A stretch of DNA of 63,954 nt, filler included, from Octopus bimaculoides (Eukaryota): assembly GCF_001194135.2 (NCBI RefSeq). It is 4 parts of 4 records of this genome, joined end to end, with 100 filler letters (N's around TTAATTAATTAA, not from the genome) between each part and the next. Parts side by side here need not be neighbours in the genome. Positions count along the whole stretch, not along the records: positions 1 to 28,616 come from NC_068989.1; 3 more parts are not named here. One strand, written 5' to 3'. The notes below the pieces were generated by a model. It worked only from the letters and a program-made list of their open reading frames with translations. It was not told the DNA's origin and did not search any database. Every line of letters starts with the position of its first letter. Positions within the stretch are counted from its first letter, which is position 1. The position numbers were made by a program, and so were the translations under genes. Positions 1-13,218 of this stretch are shown here, piece by piece.

Positions 1-371
1 ACATTTGTGTATATATATATATATATACACAAATACATATGTTTACATATATATTCATATATATAAATATGTGTGCATATGTATTTTGTGTGTGAATGTG
101 GCTGTTGCTGAGGGTTTAGTAAGGCTTCTTCGTATTTATATCCTTACGTCTTTATATACTGAGAGTTTCATGCAAGACGCTCGATCGGCTTGTCTTGTAA
201 TGAATGCTTAACGATAAAGTATTGGAGAAAACTACAATTGGTTTTTGGACCCCATCAATATCTGCCAGTGGCTACCGTTGACTGTGGAGGAACAAGTTGG
301 TACTGATTGCGTATGATTTAGTCTGATTACAGATACCAGTTTGTAATGAGAGTTCAATCTCATTAGAAGCA

Positions 372-574
372 ATTTTCTACATGGAAATTTTGGTGGGGTG
401 GGTGGTTAAATCCATTATATAGACCCCAGTATTCACCTCGTACTTAATTTATCGATCCTCGAATAGATTACAGGCAAATTCGGCCTCGGCTGAATTTGAA
501 CTCAGAACGTAAAGACAGACGAAATGCCGCTGAGCATGTTGTCCGGCATGCTAACGATTCTGCCCGCTTGCCGT
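372..574 (-). mobile_element. SINE family A copy (tRNA-derived)
   Basis: Reverse complement matches the recurrent module ggcgagctggcagaatcgttagc...gagttcaaatt (B-box-like)...ggggtc(g/t)at seen more than 12 times in this window. Confidence 0.85.
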
Positions 575-1016
575 ATTATTGAACATATATTTTAAAATAT
601 CGATCTAGAACCACTTGTGTGTTTAATCATTGAATAATGAAAATTACATAAAAATGAGGAACATAAAATACGTTACAATGAAAATATAACATTTATTTAA
701 AAATTCGTTAAAATTTCAAATATATATGTTTCTATAGTTTATATAACAATGGAAGCTTCATAAATATATAAGTGCATACGTAATAAAAGTATAGGGCTTC
801 CATAACAATTGTGTTATGGTTGTATGATCACAAATAACGAATAAAGCATGTTGAGCAATAAGAACAAAGGATTATGGGATCACATGGCAATGGAAAACCG
901 AAATGCGCGTATGGTTACGCACAGGTATGCATGTCGGTGTTTGGAATGTATATGCAAGGCTATTCATACAAATACCGACGCCCATGTACAAAATTATATA
1001 CATACATATTTGTATG

Positions 1017-1063
<47 letters not shown>

Positions 1064-1400
1064 ATGTATATATACACACATATATATACAAGTATTTCTG
1101 TACACATATATATACATATATATGTATATACACATATATATGTACAAGTATTTCTGTACACACATATATATATATATACATACACATATATATGTATAAG
1201 TATTTATATATATATATATATATATACATTTGCATGTGTGCAAATGTGTATGTATGCATATGTCCACGTGCGTATATATATATATATATGTTTGTATGTA
1301 TGTATGTATGTTTCTATCTATATATCTATATATGTCCGCGTTTGTGCATATATAAATGTCTCTCTCCCTCTCTCTTTCTCTCTGTCTATCTATCTAACTA

Positions 1401-1441
<41 letters not shown>

Positions 1442-1712
1442 NNNNNNNNNNNNNNNNNNNNNNNNNNNNNNNNNNNNNNNNNNNNNNNNNNNNNNNNNNN
1501 NNNNNNNNNNNNNNNNNNNNNNNNNNNNNNNNNNNNNNNNNNNNNNNNNNNNNNNNNNNNNNNNNNNNNNNNNNNNNNNNNNNNNNNNNNNNNNNNNNNN
1601 NNNNNNNNNNNNNNNNNNNNNNNNNNNNNNNNNNNNNNNNNNNNNNNNNNNNNNNNNNNNNNNNNNNNNNNNNNNNNNNNNNNNNNNNNNNNNNNNNNNN
1701 NNNNNNNNNNNN

Positions 1713-1777
<65 letters not shown>

Positions 1778-2032
1778 TAATTACAAGCATGTGTGCATAT
1801 ATGCGTGCCTACACCTGCGCACATGGCTACACACGTGTTCATCAAATATGCAAATATATCCTCCTGCCGTGCCATAAATATAAATTCACGCATATGTAAT
1901 TATATATCTAAATACGTCTTCACTCGATTCATTCATAATACTCATAACATACACTTTGAATCACACACATATGCACACACAAACACAGACACATACACGC
2001 ACACACATAGGCACAAAATCCGTACACATATC

Positions 2033-2261
2033 GTGGTACTCCGTCGGTTACGACGATGAGGGTTGCAGTTGATCCGATCAACAGAACAGCCTGCTCGTGA
2101 AATTAACGTGCAAGTGGCTGAGCACTCCACAGACACGTGTACCCTTATCGTAGTTCTCGGTGATATTCAGCGTGACACAGTGTAACAAGGCTGGCCCTTT
2201 GAATTACAGGCACAACAGAAACAGGAAGTAAGAGTGAGAGAAAGAAGTGGTGGAAGAGTAC
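2033..2261 (-). mobile_element. SINE family C, 3' part (runs into gap)
   Basis: Near-identical (reverse complement) to 41660-41880 of the full-length C copy. Confidence 0.9.
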
Positions 2262-2647
2262 NNNNNNNNNNNNNNNNNNNNNNNNNNNNNNNNNNNNNNN
2301 NNNNNNNNNNNNNNNNNNNNNNNNNNNNNNNNNNNNNNNNNNNNNNNNNNNNNNNNNNNNNNNNNNNNNNNNNNNNNNNNNNNNNNNNNNNNNNNNNNNN
2401 NNNNNNNNNNNNNNNNNNNNNNNNNNNNNNNNNNNNNNNNNNNNNNNNNNNNNNNNNNNNNNNNNNNNNNNNNNNNNNNNNNNNNNNNNNNNNNNNNNNN
2501 NNNNNNNNNNNNNNNNNNNNNNNNNNNNNNNNNNNNNNNNNNNNNNNNNNNNNNNNNNNNNNNNNNNNNNNNNNNNNNNNNNNNNNNNNNNNNNNNNNNN
2601 NNNNNNNNNNNNNNNNNNNNNNNNNNNNNNNNNNNNNNNNNNNNNNN

Positions 2648-2691
<44 letters not shown>

Positions 2692-3124
2692 AATGTATGT
2701 ATGTATGTACGTCTGTGTGTGTACAAAATGAACCACAGGCTTCCACACAGTTTCCGTCTACGAAATTCACGCGGTTGCAAAGCAAAGCGAGCTTCCTAAC
2801 CACACAGTTATTCTTTATATCAGAGCGAAATTTTGCATCCAGGTCAATAAACTGTTGAGCCAACAAGGACACAGGAGTATTGTCTAGACAGTCACTGATT
2901 GGTTAAAATCTGTCGTAGAAGGCATGTCTCTTAAATGTCAAAGTTATGTAGCCAAAGTTAATAAATTTCGCTGATGGAAAAAATTCCAAATAACAGCAAA
3001 ACTAACGACAATGCTATAAACTATTCAGAAATATATCCCAGTAGGTGCTTATGTGTATTTGAATACTGGTGAATCTCTATGTGTTACAAGTATAGACACA
3101 CGTGTATTTTATTTGTATTTTACC

Positions 3125-3482
3125 TGTTGCTTGTTTCGCTCATTAGACTGCGGCCTTGCTGGGGCAACGCCTTGAGGAGTTTTTGTTGAATGAAACAACT
3201 CCCAGAACTTTTTGTTTATTTTAAGCCTGGTTTACGGAGACGTAAACACGCCAACACCGGTTGTCAAGCGGTGGTGGGGGACAAACACAAATACGAAGAC
3301 AACACCCCCACACACAGATATACATATACGACGGTCTTCTTACAGTTTCCGTCTACCAAATCCACTCACAAGGGTTTCGTCGTCCCGAGGCTATAGTGAA
3401 AGACATTTTCCCAAGGTGCTAAGCAGTGAGACTGAACTCGGAACCATTTGGTTGAGAAGCAAATTTCTTCTCACACAGTCAA
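3125..3482 (-). mobile_element. SINE family B copy (head plus internal microsatellite plus tail)
   Basis: Contains cagtttccgtctaccaaatccactcacaagg, gactgaactcggaacc and the tcattagactgcggcc tail shared with many copies here. Confidence 0.85.
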
Positions 3483-3487
3483 CGAAA

Positions 3488-3714
3488 GACGGCGAGTTGG
3501 CAGAATCGTTAGCGCGCTGGACGAAATGCTTAGCGGTATTTCGCCCGTCGCTACGTTATGGGTTCAAATTCCGCCGGGGTCGACTTTGCCTTTCCTCCTT
3601 ACGGGATCGATAAATTAAGCACCAGTTACGCCACTTGCACGTTAATTACACGAGCAGGCTGTTCCGTTGATCGGATCAACTGGAACCCACGTAGTCGTAA
3701 CCGACGGAGTGCCA
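3488..3714 (+). mobile_element. Chimeric SINE: family A head and body joined to family C 3' tail
   Basis: 3491-3630 follows family A; from 3631 (ccacttgcacgttaat...gatcggatcaactggaacc...cggagtgcca) it follows family C. Confidence 0.85.
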
Positions 3715-4129
3715 TGACCCCCACTACACATACAACAGGCTTGCCTAAAGTTTCCCTCTACCAAACCAACTCGCAAGGCATTGGTCTACCCTGGGCTCCA
3801 GTGGAAGGAACTTGCTTATGATGTCGCTAAGCAGGTGGTTGCAAAGCGGGCTTATTAACCACTCACCTGTGCCTATTTAAACATATTTAGGTGTGTCTCA
3901 TGCTTTATCGATGTTTTCTTCGTAATTCTATTCTACAAAAATGTGTAAATTATTTGCGAAATGATTGCCCTGTTTTGAATCTTTTGTATTTCAATTTATT
4001 GGTATCCATCATTTTCCTATAAGTGCTTTCGTATACCACAAACAAAAGCCGTAAAAAGGCCAACATGACAAACAATAAGCTGGCAAATAATCCATGAAAG
4101 CAGTTCCCTGCTTTGTGTTTTATATTCCT

Positions 4130-4260
4130 GGATCGAGCGTTGCGCTTTGTTCTTGAGCAAGACACTTCATTTCACGTTGCTTCAGTCTGCTCAGCTATAA
4201 AAGAGAAATTCTGCAACGAGCTGGCATCCCGTCCAGGGGATTGTTGTGATCTCCGTCAAT
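4130..4260 (+). mobile_element. SINE family D fragment
   Basis: ttgttcttgagcaagacacttcatttcacgttgc...cagct; reverse-complement copies at about 32065-32125 and 49290-49340. Confidence 0.7.
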
Positions 4261-4376
4261 TACGTGTCAGGAAAACCGGACCCGAGACAATAATGTTCAG
4301 GCGTTGAAAATGATGATGATGATGATGTTGATGATGATAGGGATTTACACTCACACACACATACTCACGGGTATAT

Positions 4377-5690
4377 GTCTCCAGGTAATAAACTGAATGG
4401 CTAAAGTCTTCAGTTATTTTGTGTTTATTCAGAATTAATAGGTGTATAGAGAAATTTCCACAAAGATGACCTTTGGATTTGTGTTTGCAAACATTTCTTT
4501 CATCCTAAACCTTACACATTTCCATATTAGATTCAGATGCTTTATACTTTACGCTCACAATTGCCTTTTTCTTCCTCTCTATACACATCTATTGTAATAC
4601 ATTGAAGAACATCAGCAGCAGCTGTTGCCATGTTTCCTAACACCTTATAATTAAAGCTTTTATGCACGAACAAAAGCCACACTCTTTCCAATCTTGTTCT
4701 TCATGCTCCTATAAGTTAATCTCTGTCCATTCAATTCAACATCTTCACCTTTCCTAGATTTGATCCTTTTCTTTGATATCGCTTTTATATCGAAAGGTTT
4801 CTTGAACTGCCTTAAATATTAAGAGATGTTACCGAAGTTGGCATAAAAAGCTTCTGTTATTAAACTAGATAATTGATATTTTACGACTTCTTCAACCTTC
4901 ATGTTGAACAACAACCATTGTTGATATTACTGATGAAATTATTTTCCAGATCGATATTATTTTCTATATCCAATATTTTATAATCTAAATATTCGAAAGT
5001 TTTTAAACTCATTTTCCCATACTCTGCAATCCTTGTTATTTGATGTTCATGATTAACTCCATACGGAGATGATTGACCTTTCTTAGAACAAGCCATGCTT
5101 GTATGTAATATATATATTTATTCCCTTTGAGAATATTTCTTACCTTAATGCGCTGATTTTTTGACTGCGTTAGTATTAGTCCAATTTCTTAACATTTCTA
5201 ACGATTGGTACATTAACCTCTTCTGATGTTTTGTCAAGTGTTATAAAAATTCTGCAGTTTATTGTCTTTATATGTTCTATCTTCTGCATTCTCAGAAATC
5301 GAACGTTCCTGGCGATGACCTCGCTTTTATCAAAAGCTCATTTAAGATGACATCTGACCCCGACGACTATTTTTCCTTGCTCGAGAAGCGCCGGTTTGTT
5401 CCTTATCTTTTCAAACTTTATTATTCATTGCATGTTTACACTATTGTTTTCTTTTCAGAAAGAGGTTAATATGCACCGATATACTATTTTTGGTAAATAT
5501 AAAAAAACACACACACACACACGGGTATATTAGAAGCACCCTAATTTCAGCAACAAATATCAAGGAAAAAAGTGTAGTTTATGGGAAATCCAACTTTGGA
5601 GATAGGACCTGGGACAACTTTCTTGAGACTTCTTTTTGTAAAAGTGCATCTTATAATCCCTCAAATACTCTAAGTTATTTATCTTTCTTA
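4377..5690 (-). mobile_element. Decayed pogo/Tc2-like (DDE_1) DNA transposon remnant
   Basis: Broken minus-strand peptides LLIFK, *MDRD..LERVW and LPG resemble pogo/Tc2 motifs (MVIFK, GWMD..WLE.VW, IPGG). 5530-5690 resembles a pogo-type end (gcaccctaatt...gtgcatcttataatcc). Many stops. Confidence 0.4.
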
Positions 5691-5737
5691 CCCCTTAATT
5701 TTCTGAAAAACCCTTATCTGATTTCGTTTGGGGTTCA

Positions 5738-5900
5738 AGTCCTGTTCTCTGGTCGCTTTGGTCTTTGTTATCTCCATAGAGACCGATAGAATAAGTACTA
5801 GGCTTACAAAGAATAAGCTCTGGGGTCGATTTTCTCGACTAAAGGCGGTGCTCCAGTATGGCCGCAGTCAAATGACTGAAACAAGTAAAAGAGTAAAAGG
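5738..5900 (+). mobile_element. SINE family B 3' tail
   Basis: gaccgatagaataagtactaggcttacaaagaataag...gcagtcaaatgactgaaacaagtaaaagag. Confidence 0.9.
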
Positions 5901-7191
5901 GTAATCATATATAACGTCAAAAGCAATTTATGGAAAGAGAAGGAGGAGAAAGAAGAAAGAAATTAGCAGAAAATTAAAAGTGGAGAAATATGGTGCGAGA
6001 GGTGAATAGGAATAAAGATTAAAGACATGGAAAAAGATATATTTAGTAGTGAGGGTGTAGACTGTTAGTTGTAATCGAATGCACGAGGTGAAATATATAG
6101 ACATATTTACTTCCTCTAAATAATTCTATTTTCCATGTCTTTAATCTTTACTCCTATTCACGTATCGCACCATATTTCTCCACATTTAATTTTCTCCTAA
6201 TTTTTTTCTTCCTCCTCCTCTTTCTCTTTCTATAAATTGCCTTTGACGTTGTATATATTAACGGTTTTTTAAAAAAATAACGTACCAGCATTCCCTTCAT
6301 GCAGAAATCACATTTGGTTAAAATGTCTTATTGATGCATTTTGTTTCTTTTTTCTTTTTACCTGATGAGAAGATTGCATTGTTTTACATCATTTTATTCC
6401 TTCTGGAATAATACCAATGGTTTCTTCGAAACATATGTCGGAAGTATAAAGATTTGAAAAACACCTGCGTTTAACTCCATTTATTTAGTTATCTATGTTA
6501 TATATATACACACACATACATATATATAAATTTTAAATATCATAGCAATACAATACTATCACTTTCCAGCCAAATAAAGCAGAGTAAAGGTAGAATTATA
6601 TATAAGAAGTAGTGCTACAACAAGGCACCAATTTTTGCTGGAAATAGCAGTCGATAACGATACGACGCTATGTAAAGCTTCACTGAAATGTATACTGGCA
6701 AAGATTTATGCGGGCAGCGCACTTAAAAAAGTTTCGTCTTATCTCTGGGAAGAACATCGCAAAAATGGACAACCTAGAATGTATAATCTAACAGACAACA
6801 TAAATATATAAATAAATTTCATTCTTGTTTGTCCATTTTTGCGATGTTCTTCCAAGAGGTAAGACGAAAATTTGTAAAGTTCGCTGCCCGCGTACACCTT
6901 TGCTAGTATACATTCTAGCAAACATTGGTGTATTGTTGTACCAATATTTCTTATTTGCACACACACACNNNNNNNNNNNNNNNNNNNNNNNNNNNNNNNN
7001 NNNNNNNNNNNNNNNNNNNNNNNNNNNNNNNNNNNNNNNNNNNNNNNNNNNNNNNNNNNNNNNNNNNNNNNNNNNNNNNNNNNNNNNNNNNNNNNNNNNN
7101 NNNNNNNNNNNNNNNNNNNNNNNNNNNNNNNNNNNNNNNNNNNNNNNNNNNNNNNNNNNNNNNNNNNNNNNNNNNNNNNNNNNNNNNNNNN

Positions 7192-7247
<56 letters not shown>

Positions 7248-8215
7248 GCACATAAACACATGTGCACACATACTCTAACACACAACACAAACACACGCCT
7301 ACGTACGCACGCACACACACACGAACGCACACACACACGCACGCATATATATATATATATATTTGAATATACTTACCTTCAATTTTTATGACAATTTCTT
7401 TCCATTTTTATCGATATTGATTCATATTGTATAATTTTGTTTTATTAAAGGACGTTTTTCCTTTAATAATGTTGTGCAATATTGTATCATTAGCGTTATT
7501 TTTTCTTTTGAAATTCACACAATGGATTAACGATCTGATATTCTGGAGAGATCATCAGATTAAAGAAGATGCTGCTGTATGCTTTTTGGAGAATTATTGA
7601 GTGTGAAGAAGAAAATAAATAAGAAGGATGGATCAACGGACAAACTAAAAGTAAAACAAAGAACTATACAAATAAGATAAATATATAAAGAAATACATAA
7701 ATATATAAATGTTTGTGGAAAGAAATAAAGGAAACGAAAAGAGTTGGAAGATAGACTTCCTTAATTAATGATTTAACATGGAACGTTGTATCGAAAGAAA
7801 TTATCGATTGGAGACGGGAACTTCGGAGAAATACATCAAAGATTTACCTTTAACAAACATGTATAAGATACTTGTATTTTTTTCTAACACTGAATAAGTG
7901 TTGGATCTTGATTCTCTCATCACTACTTCAGCAAGAAGATATTTTGCTGAGGAGACCATATAACGTTTGAAACCTCTCCGGAATTCTCTCCCTTGTCGAA
8001 TAAATGGAAATATAATAGGTATCAACTAAATATTTTGATATGAGGCTCTACAAAAAAACAGCTTTGGGAGTCATTAGTGACTCCCGATGGTTTATTAAGA
8101 ACATAACGTGGCGAGTCACCGGTGACTCCTATGGTAGGCAAAATGTTATTTGTAGTACACAGCCGAATTTACAGAGAAGGCGATAAAAGATTTCAATATA
8201 TCTATTGTAAGTAAT

Positions 8216-8645
8216 AAAGCGGTAAGCTGGCAGAATCGTTAGGCACCGGGCAAAATGCTTGGCGTTATTTCGTCGTTCAAACCCCGTTGAGGTTGACTTT
8301 ACCTTCTATACTTTCGGGGTCGATAAAATAAGTACCAATCAAACACTGGGGTCGATGTAATCGACTTAGCTCCTTCCCACAAAATTGCTGCCCTTGTGGC
8401 AAAATTTGAAGCCGATATCTTTATCATGAGCAAAGTGGTGAGCTAGCAGAACCGTTAGCAAGCCGGACAAAAAAGCTTAGCAGTATTTCATCCGGCTTTA
8501 TGTTCTGAGTTCAAATTCTGTGGGGTCAACTTGCCTTTCATCCTTTCGGGGTCGATAAAATAGATACCAGTTGAGCACTGTGGATCGATGTAATCGAACT
8601 TACACTGACCCCGAACTCGCTGAACTTGGGTCAAAATTTGAAACC
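8216..8645 (+). mobile_element. Two tandem SINE-A copies
   Basis: Heads at about 8219 (gcggtaagctggcagaatcg) and about 8435 (gtggtgagctagcagaaccg); tails end aaaatttgaa. Confidence 0.85.
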
Positions 8646-9776
8646 GCTTCACTTATTGCAAACAGTCAGGTATTATTCCTGCTTTTTACTCACAAAGGGA
8701 TTATTTAATAAACCAACGGAGTTCCCTTTTTTTATTTTGTGTTAATTTTTTTTTAACTTGAAAAATACTGAATTGAAGCAGCGTCAGGGTAAAATAATAT
8801 TTTCTAGTTGAGCCCGTGAAATTCCATGGGAAATCTGGGAGTTATTCATTTTATTCGGAATCACTATAATGAATAATGATAAAAAAAAATCGATAAATAA
8901 AAAAAAAAGCATGAAACAAAGAACAATGTTGGCGCCGTTTTCATCGCTAAATATGGTTACAGACACCTAACAAACAACAAACACCACCGCTTCCACCGCA
9001 TCACTTCAAAGATTTCAAATGTAACACCACCACTACCAACACCACCACTACCAGCACCACCACCACCACCAACGCCATTACCACTTACACCACCACCACC
9101 AACACCACCACTACCAANNNNNNNNNNNNNNNNNNNNNNNNNNNNNNNNNNNNNNNNNNNNNNNNNNNNNNNNNNNNNNNNNNNNNNNNNNNNNNNNNNN
9201 NNNNNNNNNNNNNNNNNNNNNNNNNNNNNNNNNNNNNNNNNNNNNNNNNNNNNNNNNNNNNNNNNNNNNNNNNNNNNNNNNNNNNNNNNNNNNNNNNNNN
9301 NNNNNNNNNNNNNNNNNNNNNNNNNNNNNNNNNNNNNNNNNNNNNNNNNNNNNNNNNNNNNNNNNNNNNNNNNNNNNNNNNNNNNNNNNNNNNNNNNNNN
9401 NNNNNNNNNNNNNNNNNNNNNNNNNNNNNNNNNNNNNNNNNNNNNNNNNNNNNNNNNNNNNNNNNNNNNNNNNNNNNNNNNNNNNNNNNNNNNNNNNNNN
9501 NNNNNNNNNNNNNNNNNNNNNNNNNNNNNNNNNNNNNNNNNNNNNNNNNNNNNNNNNNNNNNNNNNNNNNNNNNNNNNNNNNNNNNNNNNNNNNNNNNNN
9601 NNNNNNNNNNNNNNNNNNNNNNNNNNNNNNNNNNNNNNNNNNNNNNNNNNNNNNNNNNNNNNNNNNNNNNNNNNNNNNNNNNNNNNNNNNNNNNNNNNNN
9701 NNNNNNNNNNNNNNNNNNNNNNNNNNNNNNNNNNNNNNNNNNNNNNNNNNNNNNNNNNNNNNNNNNNNNNNNNNNN

Positions 9777-10165
9777 TCCGACGTTAAGTGCAGAGATGCA
9801 GGATTTGCAGATATCCTCCATCTGAAGTGGTTCGGCAGAGTACCAAACGCCGACCTGTGGGAAAGAGCCAACCAGGAGCCCATACATGTTCAGATTAGAC
9901 GAAGGAAATGGCGATGGATCGGACACACACTGCGGAAAGAACCCTCAAATGTGACACGACAAGCACTTGACTGGAACCCGCAAGAGAAAGGGAAGCGAGG
10001 ATGTCCGAAGCAGACATGGAAGCTGAGCATTTTGGATGAGCTCAAGACCACCGGCCTGACATGGGAAGCAGCCAAGAAACACGCCAATGACCGCAAAAAA
10101 AGTGGAAAATAACTGTTGAGGCCCTATGCTCCACAAGGGGCAAAAAGGGGCAAAAAAATAAATAA
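9777..10165 (+). mobile_element. RTE-clade LINE, 3' end of ORF (5' part in gap)
   Basis: Frame from 9801 reads GFADILHLKWFGRVPNADLWERANQEPIHVQIRRRKWRWIGHTLRKEPSNVTRQALDWNPQEKGKRGCPKQTW...; after a +1 shift KWKITVEALCSTRG. WRWIGHTLRK and W.PQG.R.RGRP are hallmark RTE C-terminal motifs. Confidence 0.92.
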
Positions 10166-10488
10166 ACAGATAACGTGCACATTGCTGCTCCTATCGAATG
10201 TGATAACACACTCATACCGAGCGACTTGAAACCGTCAGCATTTGTTAGTTTCAAAGAAGACGCCATGGATGTTGTAGCATGGAAATCTAGATTTACTTAC
10301 GAAGACAGGAATTAAGGAGATACATATGGATCTCCTTATACAGCTAAATCGTTACATAATTTAATTCAAATTTAAATGTAACTTTAAATCCTGAATATAC
10401 GTGCATCCGTATGTATCGAAACAGTTGTAGTGGTTATCAAAAAGCTGTCTAAACGTTCTTACTCTTCCTTTTGACTCTTTTACATTTT

Positions 10489-10521
<33 letters not shown>

Positions 10522-11084
10522 NNNNNNNNNNNNNNNNNNNNNNNNNNNNNNNNNNNNNNNNNNNNNNNNNNNNNNNNNNNNNNNNNNNNNNNNNNNNNNN
10601 NNNNNNNNNNNNNNNNNNNNNNNNNNNNNNNNNNNNNNNNNNNNNNNNNNNNNNNNNNNNNNNNNNNNNNNNNNNNNNNNNNNNNNNNNNNNNNNNNNNN
10701 NNNNNNNNNNNNNNNNNNNNNNNNNNNNNNNNNNNNNNNNNNNNNNNNNNNNNNNNNNNNNNNNNNNNNNNNNNNNNNNNNNNNNNNNNNNNNNNNNNNN
10801 NNNNNNNNNNNNNNNNNNNNNNNNNNNNNNNNNNNNNNNNNNNNNNNNNNNNNNNNNNNNNNNNNNNNNNNNNNNNNNNNNNNNNNNNNNNNNNNNNNNN
10901 NNNNNNNNNNNNNNNNNNNNNNNNNNNNNNNNNNNNNNNNNNNNNNNNNNNNNNNNNNNNNNNNNNNNNNNNNNNNNNNNNNNNNNNNNNNNNNNNNNNN
11001 NNNNNNNNNNNNNNNNNNNNNNNNNNNNNNNNNNNNNNNNNNNNNNNNNNNNNNNNNNNNNNNNNNNNNNNNNNNNNNNNNNNN

Positions 11085-11140
<56 letters not shown>
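11085..11140. repeat. (AG)n microsatellite (others at 12053-12092, 35089-35121, 40493-40588)
   Basis: Directly visible. Confidence 0.98.
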
Positions 11141-11145
<5 letters not shown>

Positions 11146-11458
11146 TAGAGAGCGATGAAGAGATGAAACGCGTTAATGCTGTCGCTGAAGAAAGTCATTA
11201 CTTGTTTTCCAGACAATTACCACAGATCAACCGCCTAGAATTTAACGGTAATTTAAAGTCTTGTATTTTAGAACATTCGCGAATGGCCATATTGCCTGGC
11301 AAATACCAATAAGAGCAAAAACGTAATAGACAAACAAGAAAAACAACAACAAAAGCCACCAACAAAAACTTCCATTCTTTCCTAGTAATGTTATGCTGTT
11401 TAGAAGCAGATACATGAATGAACAGAAAGCAAGAACGAAAGAGAGGGAGAAAGAGAGT

Positions 11459-11492
<34 letters not shown>

Positions 11493-12049
11493 GAGAGAGA
11501 GAGGGAGGAAGCGAAGAGAGGGAAAGCAACAAAGAGAGGAAGAAATAGGTAGGATTGACCAAACGTCAATGCTGGTCATGGGTAAATGAAATAATTTTAG
11601 TTAACGTTCACCTGAAACATCTCTGTAATGACAGGCGTAAATAATTTATCATATTGCACATACGATTTCTGTGTGCTCGTGGGAACGTATGGGGTGTGGG
11701 TATGTATGCGTGTTCTTTCTCTCTCTCCATATATATATGTATATGGATATGTATATATAAACATATACGTACACACACAAGCACAAACACACATAGTTGT
11801 GTATAAAGTTAGATGTGCAAGTACTCTTGCATGAGTTAGAATTCCACTTAAGTTATTATTATCCAGTCAGCTTCCAGTACAGTGGTTAGGCAACCACTGT
11901 ACTTAGCAGTGCTACCAGTTATGATATATAGACCATATGTAGTGGAAATTTGTGATAAACACAAGTATAAATTACGTATATACATGTATGTATGTATGTC
12001 GCTTCTGCATTTAATCATTTAAATTCTTTGCCAGAAGGAGCTGGTTTCT

Positions 12050-12096
<47 letters not shown>

Positions 12097-12338
12097 ATCT
12101 TTGCAATGTCAATAACGAAAACATTGTCACCTTTTAAACCTGAGAAAAGTCTTGCATGGTTTTACTGGTCCGCTTACAGATTGTATTAGTAGTTCCCAAA
12201 TCAGTCGGTTGGCTTCTTTTTCTGAAAATCCAAGCTTATCCAGATTGACATGGCATTTACTTACAAAACCAATTAATCTTGTTATTATTGGTATCAATGT
12301 CAATTTGAATGTATGTAGGTATGCACCTCTCTCTCTAT

Positions 12339-12373
<35 letters not shown>

Positions 12374-13064
12374 TTATCTCTCTCTCTATTTATCTCTCTC
12401 TCTATTTATCTCTCTCTCTATTTATCTCTCTCTCTATCTATCTATCTTAGGCAAAACTTTTTAAATAAGGCAGAAACAATACGAAGTGAAAACAGAACAA
12501 GAGTTGGAGTTTTAACTTATATTTCGATATGTCACAGTTGTGGCCCCTTTCGTCAGAACACGTGGAATAAATCGTCGCTCAGATATGTGGGAAATGGTAG
12601 TGACATGCGCAGTCTGGTGTTCGTTTGCTAGCTCATTTGTGTAACAGCTTTCTGTTTTTCAGAGTTAGTCCCAGCTTCGTAGTAAGGAAGGTTTTGTTGA
12701 TCCCTGATAGATTCTGCATTTGGAACTTCCGTGAGTGTCTATATAGGGAAGTGTTTGTGCACATTTAATCAATTGACTAAGAAGTGAAATAGAAATCCAG
12801 CGCATGTGTTTATTTTTGACATGATGACCCTCCTGAGATATAACAAAATAAGTTGGCATAATTCCTCAGTTTCATTTCTCAGCTTCTACAGAATATCATA
12901 GTCACTAACATTACTATTTCAGTTACTCTAGACAATAAGCAAATATTTTCCCTTTTCTCAAAAATGAAAATATGTGCCTCTTTCTGTACAGTTTGTGAAC
13001 AAACCCAAATAAATTTGGAATGTCTCTCTATCAAATCAGGATTTTGTAATTTCTAAAGACATGT

Positions 13065-13218
13065 ATCTTTTATCTTTTACTTGTTCCAGATATTGGGCAG
13101 CTGCCATGATGGGGCGCCACCTTAGAGGGTTGAGACGAACAAATCGACTCCAGCACTTAATTATTAAAGTCTGATGTTCATTCTATCGGTCACATTTGCC
13201 GAACCGCTAACTTGCAAG
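13065..13218 (-). mobile_element. SINE family B 3' tail
   Basis: ttttacttgtt...gggcgccacctt...aatcgactccagcactta...ctatcggtc...ttgccgaaccgctaa. Confidence 0.75.

Noticed and set aside
848-1899. Long ORFs (310-378 aa) here and at 8957-9926, 18848-19848, 35358-36146 and 46697-47833
   Set aside because: They are made of N-runs and (TA)/(CA) repeats giving YI/HT/CV dipeptides; no coding signal.
7801-7866. IGDGNFGEIH, resembling a kinase glycine-rich loop; the opposite strand IPIIFPF..REFRRGFKR resembles a GPCR helix 8
   Set aside because: A stop follows within 10 codons with no VAVK motif or splice donor; two unrelated matches on opposite strands point to chance.
11212-11246. 35-nt micro-exon candidate (QLPQINRLEFN), and similar ones at 39067-39123 and 52967-53010
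   Set aside because: Short AG...GT windows with one open frame are expected by chance; phases are not mutually consistent and there is no recognisable protein.
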